Positions 28,846 to 37,063 of a stretch of DNA of 64,000 bases are shown in pieces. A program made the translations under genes and the position numbers. How positions within the stretch are numbered: the first letter of the stretch is position 1; the number at the start of each line of letters is the position of its first letter. The stretch is from contig CALWOV010000001.1 of NCBI GenBank assembly GCA_944383275.1, forward strand, positions 64,245 through 128,244, given 5' to 3'. The DNA comes from an uncultured Clostridia bacterium (GTDB lineage Bacteria; Bacillota; Clostridia; Christensenellales; UBA1242). A model generated the notes under the pieces. The model had not been told where the DNA came from and did not search any database. It saw nothing but the letters and a program-made list of their open reading frames with translations.

Positions 28846-30240
28846 TTAGCATTTTGAATTTATTTCAACATCTTTTTTAGTTAAATTAAATTTAGAATAA
28901 AAAAAGAAAGATACAATTATTGATAAAGCAACACCAATAATTAACAACCACCCTAACGCCTGCTGAACTGATGCAAGTTGCACGCTTGCAGAAGCATCAA
29001 AACCAATTATATCTAGGGCAATACCTATTATAACCAAAGTTAAAGCATTTGCTATTTTATATGCAAAGGTTAAAAAAGATGTATATGTTGCCGATTTATC
29101 TGAACTTGTTTTACTGCGTTCTATTGCTATTAAATCGGCATACATACTTATTGGCAAAGAGTATAATGCCCCTGTTCCAAAGCCACAAACAAAAACAGAA
29201 AAAGCAAGACACCAAAAAAGATAATTTTTATTTATATAAGTTTTTAAAATAAAAGTTAAAGCAAAGCAAATAATTCCAAAAGCACAAACACCCAACGCAC
29301 ATAAAAGTGCGTTCTTTTTTTCAAACTTTTTGCTGATTAAATACCAAAATAGTTGTGAGATTATTGTTGCAGTTATTAGAAATGCCATAAGTATTGTTGT
29401 TTGACTTGTTAATAAGTGAAAAGAATATTCAAAAACATGCAAGCCAACACCTGTTAAAAATGCTGCACTTACCAAAGATAATGAATAACCTAAGATTATT
29501 GCACGAAAATTTTTTTGCTTAAAAGTTATAAAAAAATTTTTAATTGATTGGGTAAATTTAGGTAACGGCTCTGGGGGTTGATTTTGATATCTGGTTTTTA
29601 GATATGGTATATACTTAAAAGTTCCCAAAATACAAGTCATTCCAAGAAAAATACAAATGGAACTTGTGCAAACAGCAAGCCAAACATAGTTTTGATAATT
29701 TGAAATGCCACCAGATGCTTCTGAAAATAATGCTCCCATTAATAAGGTTGGAACTATTAAACCAACAAGAAAGAAAACTGTTTTTAAACTTTGAATACCT
29801 GTTCTTTCGTTATAATCATCTACAAGTTCTGTTCCTAATGCTGTGTATGGTGTTATAAAAAAAGTGTTGCAAGTTTCTAATAAAATTAATATAAGTAATA
29901 TCCAAATAAATTTTACAAAAACAGGTAAAAACGCTGGAGTTGTCCATAACAAAATATTAAAAAAAGCCATACCGATACAACCTATAATCATAAAGCCGTG
30001 TCGTCGCCCAAACTTTTGATATCTTGCCCTGTCGCTTATGCTTCCGGCTATTGGGTCTGTAAATGCGTCCCACATAACACTTAACGCAATTGCTATTCCC
30101 ATAAGCGAACCAGGTATTGCAAGAACAGCAGTTCCAAAAAACATTATAAAGTTATTTACTGTTTGAGAAACAACGCCATAACCAGCGTTGCCCATACCGT
30201 AAAAAAGTTTACCAGAAAAATTAACTTTATAACTATTCAT
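28846..30240 (-). CDS. MFS transporter, glycoside-pentoside-hexuronide (GPH):cation symporter family
   Basis: About 12 TM segments and the GPH signature DAFTDPIAGSISDR...FGRRHGFMI near TM2-3. Confidence 0.75.
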   Translation of the reverse strand: MNSYKVNFSGKLFYGMGNAGYGVVSQTVNNFIMFFGTAVLAIPGSLMGIAIALSVMWDAFTDPIAGSISDRARYQKFGRRHGFMIIGCIGMAFFNILLWTTPAFLPVFVKFIWILLILILLETCNTFFITPYTALGTELVDDYNERTGIQSLKTVFFLVGLIVPTLLMGALFSEASGGISNYQNYVWLAVCTSSICIFLGMTCILGTFKYIPYLKTRYQNQPPEPLPKFTQSIKNFFITFKQKNFRAIILGYSLSLVSAAFLTGVGLHVFEYSFHLLTSQTTILMAFLITATIISQLFWYLISKKFEKKNALLCALGVCAFGIICFALTFILKTYINKNYLFWCLAFSVFVCGFGTGALYSLPISMYADLIAIERSKTSSDKSATYTSFLTFAYKIANALTLVIIGIALDIIGFDASASVQLASVQQALGWLLIIGVALSIIVSFFFYSKFNLTKKDVEINSKC

Positions 30241-30378
30241 AAATACCCCAACAATTTCAATTTTAAGAAATTTTTAAAATTGATATTAATTAAGGTTATT
30301 CAATAAATTTTCTAATTAGACAAATTTTGCATACATTTTGTTTTTTTTATCAAAATAAATAACAAAGGAGAAAAAACA

Positions 30379-31815
30379 ATGCAAAGTTTGCAAAAAATAA
30401 TTTCAGATTATAAACAAACTTTTCACGAAAGCGAGGACTTTATAACTCGTGAATTTGTTGCGTATAAAGATATAAATGCTGTTGCAATGTTTATTGATGG
30501 AAGTGTTGATAAGCAATTTTTGATTTCTGGTGTTATGCGACCACTGCAAAATGAAGACATTGTTCCCAAAGGCAATATTGCCGAATTTGCTGCTGAAAAT
30601 TTAGTTGGATATGTTCAAACAAAAACAGAAACTGACAAACAAAAAATTGTTGAAGCAATGCTTAATGGTTTTTGTGTTGTAATTTTTGAAAACTGTGAAA
30701 CAGCAATTCTTGCAGACAGCACAAAATGGATTGTTAGAATTCCATCGGAACCACCAACAAGTGCTGTTATGAATGGCCCACGAGAAGGCTTTATTGAAGA
30801 TATTATAACAAACTGTTCACTTTTAAGAAAACGACTTAAAAACCCTGACTTTATAATGAAAAAACTTACCATCGGAAGATACACTCAAACACAAGTTAGA
30901 GTTTGTTACATAACATCAATCGCTGACCCAAAAGTTGTTAAAATGGTGATTGATAAACTTAATAAAATAGATATTGATGGAATTGTTGACTCGAACTATA
31001 TTAATGAGTTTTTACAAAATAGAAGACACACTATTTTTAAACAAATAGGTGTTTCTGAAAAACCAGATATAGTTGCAGCAAAACTTTTAGAAGGCAGAGT
31101 TGCCATTGTTGTTGATGGTTCACCTATGGTGTTAACTATTCCTTTTTGTTTACTTGAAGATTTACAAAGTAGCAATGATTACTATATTACATCTGGTAGA
31201 GCAACCATTTTAAGATTTTTAAGAATTATTAGTTTAGTGGTTGCAATTTTGCTTCCTGGAATGTATATTTCGTTAATGGTTTACCACTATAACATAATTC
31301 CAATAAAATTTTTAATAAGTATTGCAAACTCTATTCAAGGAATTCCACTTCCCCCATTTTTAGAGGTTTTGTTTATAATATTCTTATTTGAAGTGCTGTA
31401 TGAAGCAAGTTTAAGAATGCCAAGATATATGGGGCTGGCATTATCTGTTGTTGGTGCTTTAATTTTAGGAGATACAGCAGTTAAAGCAGGGCTTGTAAGT
31501 CCACCTGCTGTTATGATTGTGGCACTAACTGGTGTTATGAGTTACACAGTGCCAGAACAAGCACAACAAGTTTCATTTTTAAGATTGGTATTTACTATTA
31601 TTGGTGGAATGCTTGGTCTTTTTGGAATGATACTTGGAAGTATGTTCTTAATTGCTTACCTTTGTAATATGGACAGTTACAACACCCCATATTTAAGCCC
31701 ATTTGCGCCATATAACAAGAATGACCAAAAAGATGGAATTATGAAAATGCCAGCACCTGCACAAAGAACAAGACCAAACACAATACCAAATATAAACAAA
31801 AAAAGGCAGGGCTAG
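30379..31815 (+). CDS. Spore germination protein, GerA-family A subunit
   Basis: Typical GerAA/GerKA layout: soluble N-domain (FVAYKDINAVAMFIDGSVDK, PSEPPTSAVMNGPREGF), then an about 5-TM C-domain. RBS AAAGGAG. Confidence 0.9.
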   Translation: MQSLQKIISDYKQTFHESEDFITREFVAYKDINAVAMFIDGSVDKQFLISGVMRPLQNEDIVPKGNIAEFAAENLVGYVQTKTETDKQKIVEAMLNGFCVVIFENCETAILADSTKWIVRIPSEPPTSAVMNGPREGFIEDIITNCSLLRKRLKNPDFIMKKLTIGRYTQTQVRVCYITSIADPKVVKMVIDKLNKIDIDGIVDSNYINEFLQNRRHTIFKQIGVSEKPDIVAAKLLEGRVAIVVDGSPMVLTIPFCLLEDLQSSNDYYITSGRATILRFLRIISLVVAILLPGMYISLMVYHYNIIPIKFLISIANSIQGIPLPPFLEVLFIIFLFEVLYEASLRMPRYMGLALSVVGALILGDTAVKAGLVSPPAVMIVALTGVMSYTVPEQAQQVSFLRLVFTIIGGMLGLFGMILGSMFLIAYLCNMDSYNTPYLSPFAPYNKNDQKDGIMKMPAPAQRTRPNTIPNINKKRQG

Positions 31816-31818
31816 TTT

Positions 31819-32925
31819 ATGAAATCAATTTCTACACATCAATTTATAATTATTTCAATTTTTATATTGCTTGGCCCTAAATTGCTTTCATTACAGCCTG
31901 CAATTTTTGCTTTTGCGAATAAAGATGCAATTTGGGGGCTGGTTATTGGTTGTTTAATTGAACTTCCTATTTTACTTTTAGTTGTGTTTTTAATTAAAAA
32001 ATATCAAAATATTACTTTTTATGAATTATTAAAAAGCAAACTTGGAAAAATTGTTTCTAAATCATTACTTATTATTATTTTAATTTTTATTTTATTTAAA
32101 GCACTGTTTTTATATCAAGAGACATACTCCTTATTTTCTCAAATTTTATATGAAGATTTTCCACTTTGGATTTATGTTGCTTGTGCAATATTGGTAACAG
32201 GTTACATTGCGTGCAAAGGTTCTAGAACCATTGCTAGAAGTTTAGAATTTTATTATATAATTGCTTTTGTTGGTTTGTTAATTAGTGCGTTATCTGCGAT
32301 TATAAGCATAAGAATGGAAAACTTACTTCCCTTCTTTGAAAATGGTTTAATGCCAACTTTAAATTCAGTATTTAAAACATTTTTCTTTTATGGAAACTCT
32401 ATAATACTTTTATTTTTTATGGGAAAAGTAGATATAAAACCTAAATTTGTATGGAGAAATTTACTTGCTTATGCCATATATTTTGTATATGTTGTTGGAG
32501 CAAGTTTGATTTTCTATGAAGTTTATGGTCAATGTGTGCTTTTCAGTGATTTTACTATTGCAGAACTACCACAATATTCGCCTTTCGTTTCAGATTTGGG
32601 TAGATTGCATTGGATTTCTATGGTGGTTTGCACCCTGATGCTTTATTCACTAAGTTCTATTTTTATATGGTCGGCAATATGTTGCACAAAATGGATAACT
32701 AATACAAAAAACTCAAGTGTCCATGTTTGCATTAATATGTTTATTATTCTGGTTTTAGCAATAATAAATCAATTCACTGTATCTGTGATGCTTGATAAAA
32801 TTTATAGTTACTGGTCTATAGGCAGTATTGTAGTTTTAGGCATTTATGTTATATTAAGCATTATTCTTTTATGCCTAAAAAAGCAAACCAAAATAACAGG
32901 GGGTAAAAATGGACAAAACAGTTAA
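31819..32925 (+). CDS. Spore germination protein, GerA-family B subunit (APC-type permease)
   Basis: 10-TM hydrophobic protein of 368 aa, immediately after the A subunit. Confidence 0.8.
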   Translation: MKSISTHQFIIISIFILLGPKLLSLQPAIFAFANKDAIWGLVIGCLIELPILLLVVFLIKKYQNITFYELLKSKLGKIVSKSLLIIILIFILFKALFLYQETYSLFSQILYEDFPLWIYVACAILVTGYIACKGSRTIARSLEFYYIIAFVGLLISALSAIISIRMENLLPFFENGLMPTLNSVFKTFFFYGNSIILLFFMGKVDIKPKFVWRNLLAYAIYFVYVVGASLIFYEVYGQCVLFSDFTIAELPQYSPFVSDLGRLHWISMVVCTLMLYSLSSIFIWSAICCTKWITNTKNSSVHVCINMFIILVLAIINQFTVSVMLDKIYSYWSIGSIVVLGIYVILSIILLCLKKQTKITGGKNGQNS

Positions 32926-34318
32926 ATATCGAATTTTTGTTTGGCTTATTGTTATTTTGTTTATTATTATAGCGCCTAACACAGTTGGAACTCCAAGTCA
33001 AATTCAACAAAAAAGCATTGTAGTTGGAATTGGTTTAGACAAGCACGAAGAAGGACTTGAACTTTCTACACAAGTTCTTATTCCAGAACCCGGTGGAAAT
33101 TATTCGCAAAAACAAATGATTTTACAAGCATCTGGAAAAAACTTTTCTAATGCTGTAAGTAATTTAGAGCAACAAATTGGTAAAAAACTTGGTTTTGCAC
33201 ATTGTCACATTATTATTTTAAGTGATGAAATTTTGCAAGAAAATTTAGCAAACACATTAGATTATCTTATGAGAAGTAACATTTTAGGAAACAACACAAC
33301 AATGGTCCACACCAATGGAAAAGCACAAGAATTACTTCAAGCAAGCAGTCAGATTAACAACGGAGATATAAATAATTTAGAAACAATTTCTTATTTTAAT
33401 TATATTTACTACATATCACCTGCTATAAGTTTGACTACCTTTTATAATGATTATTTATCACCTTCTAAAACTTCTTTAATGAGCACTATTAATGTTAAAA
33501 AACAAAATAGTGGCTCACAAGGTTCAGAAAGTGGTAATTCACAAGGTTCTTCATCTGGTAGTTCATCAAGCAGTGGAAGTTCTGGTGGTTCATCAAGTGG
33601 TTCATCGAGCAGTGAAAGTTCTGGGTCTTCAGGGTCTAGTGGTCAACAAAGTTCACAAAGTCAATCTAATTCTGCCCCATCGCAATCATCTTCACAAAGT
33701 GGAACAAGTTCGGGAAGTTCAAGTTCTGAATCTGGGTCTAGTTCTGGGGCCAGTTCTAACAGTAGTGATGCACAAGGTAGTTTGATTGACAATAAAGGCG
33801 AAGCAATCGTTTTAAAAAATGGAATTAAAATTTTATCATTAACAAAAGATGAATCTAGAGCATTTGATTGGCTTGAACCACACAGCGTTTATGGTGAAAT
33901 ACAACTTGAAGAAGTTACTAATGATAAACTTAAAAATGCTAGTGTTACTTTCAAGATAAAAGACAAACAAATAGATATAATATCTAAAATGAATCCTAAA
34001 CCAGCCCTTTATGTAAAAATAAAATTAGATTTAATTATTGATAGTATTCAACAAGAAAATGGAGAAATTTTAACAACTAGCACAAACTATATAGATGATG
34101 ACATTCAAGAACGAATTAAAAAGTTTGTTCAAGATGATATTAATAAAGCATTATCATTATGTAAAGAACATAACTTCGATGGTTATAAAGTTTATAAAAT
34201 TTTTAATAGAAATAACCATTCAGAATGGCAAGATTATCTTAAAAATTTAGATGATAAAGAAAACTTTATGCAAGATGTCGAAATTTTTGTAGATGTTGTA
34301 GCAAAGAATACAGAATAA
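32909..34318 (+). CDS. Spore germination protein, Ger(x)C-family C subunit, atypical
   Basis: Third gene of the ger operon, with a 17-nt overlap. N-domain motif SIVVGIGLDK...AHCHIIILSDE and a C-terminal GerxC-like domain (KGEAIVLKNGIKI...). It lacks the usual lipobox Cys and carries a Ser/Gly-rich insert. Confidence 0.75.
   Translation: MDKTVKYRIFVWLIVILFIIIAPNTVGTPSQIQQKSIVVGIGLDKHEEGLELSTQVLIPEPGGNYSQKQMILQASGKNFSNAVSNLEQQIGKKLGFAHCHIIILSDEILQENLANTLDYLMRSNILGNNTTMVHTNGKAQELLQASSQINNGDINNLETISYFNYIYYISPAISLTTFYNDYLSPSKTSLMSTINVKKQNSGSQGSESGNSQGSSSGSSSSSGSSGGSSSGSSSSESSGSSGSSGQQSSQSQSNSAPSQSSSQSGTSSGSSSSESGSSSGASSNSSDAQGSLIDNKGEAIVLKNGIKILSLTKDESRAFDWLEPHSVYGEIQLEEVTNDKLKNASVTFKIKDKQIDIISKMNPKPALYVKIKLDLIIDSIQQENGEILTTSTNYIDDDIQERIKKFVQDDINKALSLCKEHNFDGYKVYKIFNRNNHSEWQDYLKNLDDKENFMQDVEIFVDVVAKNTE
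33508..33783 (+). repeat. Low-complexity Ser/Gly/Gln-coding tract inside the gerC-like gene
   Basis: It encodes SGSQGSESGNSQGSSSGSSSSSGSSGGSSSGSSSSESSGSSGSSGQQSSQSQSNSAPSQSSSQSGTSSGSSSSESGSSSGASSNSSDAQGS. The DNA is an imperfect AGT/TCA/GGT reiteration. Confidence 0.8.
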
Positions 34319-34334
34319 AAACCTTTTTAAACTT

Positions 34335-34367
34335 AAAAAACTCTATCACATTGATAGAGTTTTTTTA
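34335..34367. terminator. Bidirectional rho-independent terminator (gerC / rpsR)
   Basis: AAAAAACTCTATCA-CAT-TGATAGAGTTTTTTT between convergent genes. Confidence 0.7.
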
Positions 34368-34392
34368 TTTATATTTCAAAAATTATATATAA

Positions 34393-34749
34393 TTAGTCGC
34401 CTTTGTAGTGCAATAAACCCATATATCTTGCGCGTTTAATTGCAGTTGAAAGTGCGCGTTGGTGTGCTGCACAAACGCCTGTTTGTCTTCTTGGTAAAAT
34501 TTTACCCTTTTCGGTAACATATTTGCGTATTCTTGCAACATCTTTATAATCAATGTTTTCCACTTTATCAAGGCAGAATTGACAAACTTTGCGCTTTTGC
34601 ATAGGACGACGAACTTTGCGTTCTGTTCCTTCACGGTTTTTGTGTTCGGAATTTTGTGGTTTTTGCTCAGCGTTGTTTTCTTCAGTTTGCTCGGTTTGTT
34701 GTGAAACAACTTCTTCAACAACTGCCTTGTCTTGTTCAACTTCTTTCAT
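34393..34749 (-). CDS. rpsR: 30S ribosomal protein S18 with an acidic ~40-aa N-terminal extension
   Basis: The C-terminal 75 aa are canonical S18 (RKVCQFC...IDYKDV...[10 protein letters not shown]...[10 protein letters not shown]). RBS AAAGGAGAAG precedes the ATG at 34749. Confidence 0.9.
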   Translation of the reverse strand: MKEVEQDKAVVEEVVSQQTEQTEENNAEQKPQNSEHKNREGTERKVRRPMQKRKVCQFCLDKVENIDYKDVARIRKYVTEKGKILPRRQTGVCAAHQRALSTAIKRARYMGLLHYKGD

Positions 34750-34770
34750 TGTCTTCTCCTTTTAATAAAA

Positions 34771-35184
34771 TTAAAATGGCAATTCTCCATCATCAATAGG
34801 TTCTAATTCAACAACTTTTTCTACATCATCTTGAATTGGTGCAGAAGGTGTTTCATCAGCGCCGACAACTTTTGCTCCAACAAATTCTACTTCATCGGCA
34901 ACAACTTCTGCTGCTGTTCTTTTTTGACCTTCTTTTGTTTCGTAATTACGAATTTGCAATGTTCCAGAAATAGCAGCCTTACTTCCCTTACGCAAATATT
35001 TGTGACAGGTTTCTGCAAGTGCACGCCATACAACTATATTAATAAAATCAGTTTCTCTTGTTCCTTCACTGTTTGTAAATCTTCTAGATACTGCCAAAGT
35101 AAATGTGCAAACAGGAACGCCACTGTTTGTTGTTGTAATTTCTGGGTCGCGTGTTAAATTACCAATTAAAATAATCTTGTTCAT
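34771..35184 (-). CDS. ssb: Single-stranded DNA-binding protein
   Basis: MNKIILIGNLTRDPE...FINIVVWR OB-fold and an acidic C-terminal tip DDGELPF. Confidence 0.95.
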   Translation of the reverse strand: MNKIILIGNLTRDPEITTTNSGVPVCTFTLAVSRRFTNSEGTRETDFINIVVWRALAETCHKYLRKGSKAAISGTLQIRNYETKEGQKRTAAEVVADEVEFVGAKVVGADETPSAPIQDDVEKVVELEPIDDGELPF

Positions 35185-35210
35185 AATTTATCCCTTTTAT
35201 ATAACTTATC

Positions 35211-35495
35211 TTAATCCTTGCGAATAAACATTTTACGAACAAAAAATTCTGTTATTCGCATTTGCTTTTCCATTTCTAGTGGAATGTCAGGATTTGAAGT
35301 GAAATTCATTAAAACATAAAAACCTTCTTGACGGTCTTTAATTGGGTATGCAAATTTTTTCATACCAATTTTGTCAAGAGTATCTACTGTTCCACCATTT
35401 GCTGTAACAATGTCTGCAAACTTTTTAATTATTGCTTCTCTTGTTTGTTCATCAGCATCACTAGAAATAATGTAAAGAACTTCATACTTATTCAT
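35211..35495 (-). CDS. rpsF: 30S ribosomal protein S6
   Basis: MNKYEVLYIIS...KKFAYPI... Start set behind AAGGAGGTG; the upstream 21 codons of the ORF track are 5' UTR. Confidence 0.9.
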   Translation of the reverse strand: MNKYEVLYIISSDADEQTREAIIKKFADIVTANGGTVDTLDKIGMKKFAYPIKDRQEGFYVLMNFTSNPDIPLEMEKQMRITEFFVRKMFIRKD

Positions 35496-35565
35496 AAAGC
35501 ACCTCCTTTTGGACTTAACGGCGTTGTTTTTCAACGCAAGGAATGCAAATTCTTGCAATCTTGAC
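35496..35565 (-). promoter_or_regulatory. Structured rpsF 5' UTR (two hairpins), candidate S6:S18 autoregulatory leader
   Basis: The minus strand carries GCAAGAATTTGCATTCCTTGC and GCGTTGAAAAACAACGC hairpins between the promoter and the RBS. Confidence 0.35.
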
Positions 35566-35569
35566 AGTC

Positions 35570-35598
35570 ATTATATCACACTATAATAAAAAACGCAA
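35570..35598 (-). promoter_or_regulatory. Sigma-A promoter of rpsF-ssb-rpsR
   Basis: The minus strand reads TTGCGT-N17-(TGa)TATAAT. Confidence 0.6.
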
Positions 35599-35631
35599 GA
35601 GTTTTTAAAAAATTATAATGCCCATATTAAA

Positions 35632-35653
35632 CAAAAAAGAACTTTAAAGTTCT
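35632..35653 (-). terminator. Terminator after the 440-aa membrane protein gene
   Basis: Palindrome AGAACTTTAAAGTTCT followed on the minus strand by TTTTTTG. Confidence 0.5.
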
Positions 35654-36975
35654 TATTTGTTTTCAGTTGTATTTTCATTTTTTGTTTCATCTTTATTATC
35701 AGAAGTTTTTATATCTTTATTTTCACTTTCAGAGTTATCAGTTTTAGCGTCTGATTTTTCAACAGAATTTTCATTGTTTATATCTTTTGCCTTTTGGGTA
35801 TCATCTGATGTTTGGTTTGTATTATCTTCGTTTGAAGGTTTTTTATTTTGTTTTTCTTCTTCTTTTTTCTTTTGCTTTTCAGCCAAAAGTCTTAACTCTT
35901 CTATTTGCTCGCGTTTTCTCTTTTCTAGTTCTTTTTCTATTTTCCTACGCTTTGCATCTGCTCGTGGATTGGTTACAACAACTTTATCTGATTTACTTAA
36001 AACATTCATTAATTCTTCATTATTAATGACATCTGCAAATTTATTTTGAACTTTTACAAGGTCTTGTCTTAATAAATCTTGACATTGTTCGCGAACTTTT
36101 CTTTCTTCTTCAATTTTTTTGAATAATTTGTTTTCAAATGCACGAGCAACAAAATAACGAATTACAAACAATATAATAATTAAAACTAAAAGCCCAACAA
36201 CTACATAAATCCAATTATCATACATAAAATACATAAATTCGCCTAAATTTTTAATTGAAAATGATAATTTTCCCTCGATATCTCCCACTGAAACTAAAAT
36301 TAAAGCATATCTATTCATAGCTGAATTAAGTTCTTCTGGCAATTCAGGATTTAATTTGTTGTTATCACTTATATCTTGGTTATAGTTTTCCATATTTCCA
36401 ATGATATAAACAAGACCACCTGTGTATAATTCTTGGGCTTGTTCGCTTCCATCATACCAAAAAACCATACCTATTTCATCTTCTTCACTTTCAGTTGCTG
36501 GTCTGTATTGAATTATATCCTGCTCGAACACATCATTTATGGAACTGACTTCTGTCATAACCATTAAACTGTTTTGTGAAACATTTGGTTCTAGTTTATC
36601 TGTTGTACAGACATCAAGCTTTAAATTTGTTGCATAAATTAATGAGATAATAACACCTATTGCTAACACAAGTGTTATTAAGATGGTGGCAAAAACTGAA
36701 ATAATAGTTGCACCAACAGAAATTTGGTCACTTGTAACAGTGTATTCCGATGCATACGCCCCCATTTGAATATCTTTTATATCACGGAGTTGTAATGTTT
36801 CATCGCTTACACCTTTTGACTCTATTGATTGTTTAATAAGAACATCATCGGTAGTTGGTTTGCCAACGGTTTGATAACCCCTTATTTCTACACTATCAAT
36901 TTCTGGCTTTTCATTGTTTAAAATTTCCTTAGTGGTATCTTTTTCTATTGGAACATTTTCAAACTCTTTACGCAT
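35653..36975 (-). CDS. Hypothetical bitopic/bi-TM membrane protein with a K/E/N-rich C-terminal tail
   Basis: Two TM segments flank an about 150-aa extracytoplasmic domain, followed by a long charged low-complexity tail. RBS AAGGAG. Confidence 0.5.
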   Translation of the reverse strand: MRKEFENVPIEKDTTKEILNNEKPEIDSVEIRGYQTVGKPTTDDVLIKQSIESKGVSDETLQLRDIKDIQMGAYASEYTVTSDQISVGATIISVFATILITLVLAIGVIISLIYATNLKLDVCTTDKLEPNVSQNSLMVMTEVSSINDVFEQDIIQYRPATESEEDEIGMVFWYDGSEQAQELYTGGLVYIIGNMENYNQDISDNNKLNPELPEELNSAMNRYALILVSVGDIEGKLSFSIKNLGEFMYFMYDNWIYVVVGLLVLIIILFVIRYFVARAFENKLFKKIEEERKVREQCQDLLRQDLVKVQNKFADVINNEELMNVLSKSDKVVVTNPRADAKRRKIEKELEKRKREQIEELRLLAEKQKKKEEEKQNKKPSNEDNTNQTSDDTQKAKDINNENSVEKSDAKTDNSESENKDIKTSDNKDETKNENTTENK

Positions 36976-37063
36976 TTATTTACTCCTTTATATTGTATGA
37001 TAACAAATATTTATTTTAAAAACAATCAAAATTAAATAAAAATAAAAAAAAAGAGTGGTATAA

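Noticed and set aside
33492-33785. 97-aa plus-strand ORF in another frame of the gerC Ser/Gly tract
   Set aside because: It is a frame artefact of the reiterated AGT/GGT/TCA DNA, giving a V/H/Q-rich translation. It is nested inside the ger operon reading frame.
34383-34739. Alternative 118-aa minus-strand ORF overlapping rpsR
   Set aside because: The other frame (34393-34749) encodes a canonical S18 core and has the RBS. This frame has no recognisable similarity.
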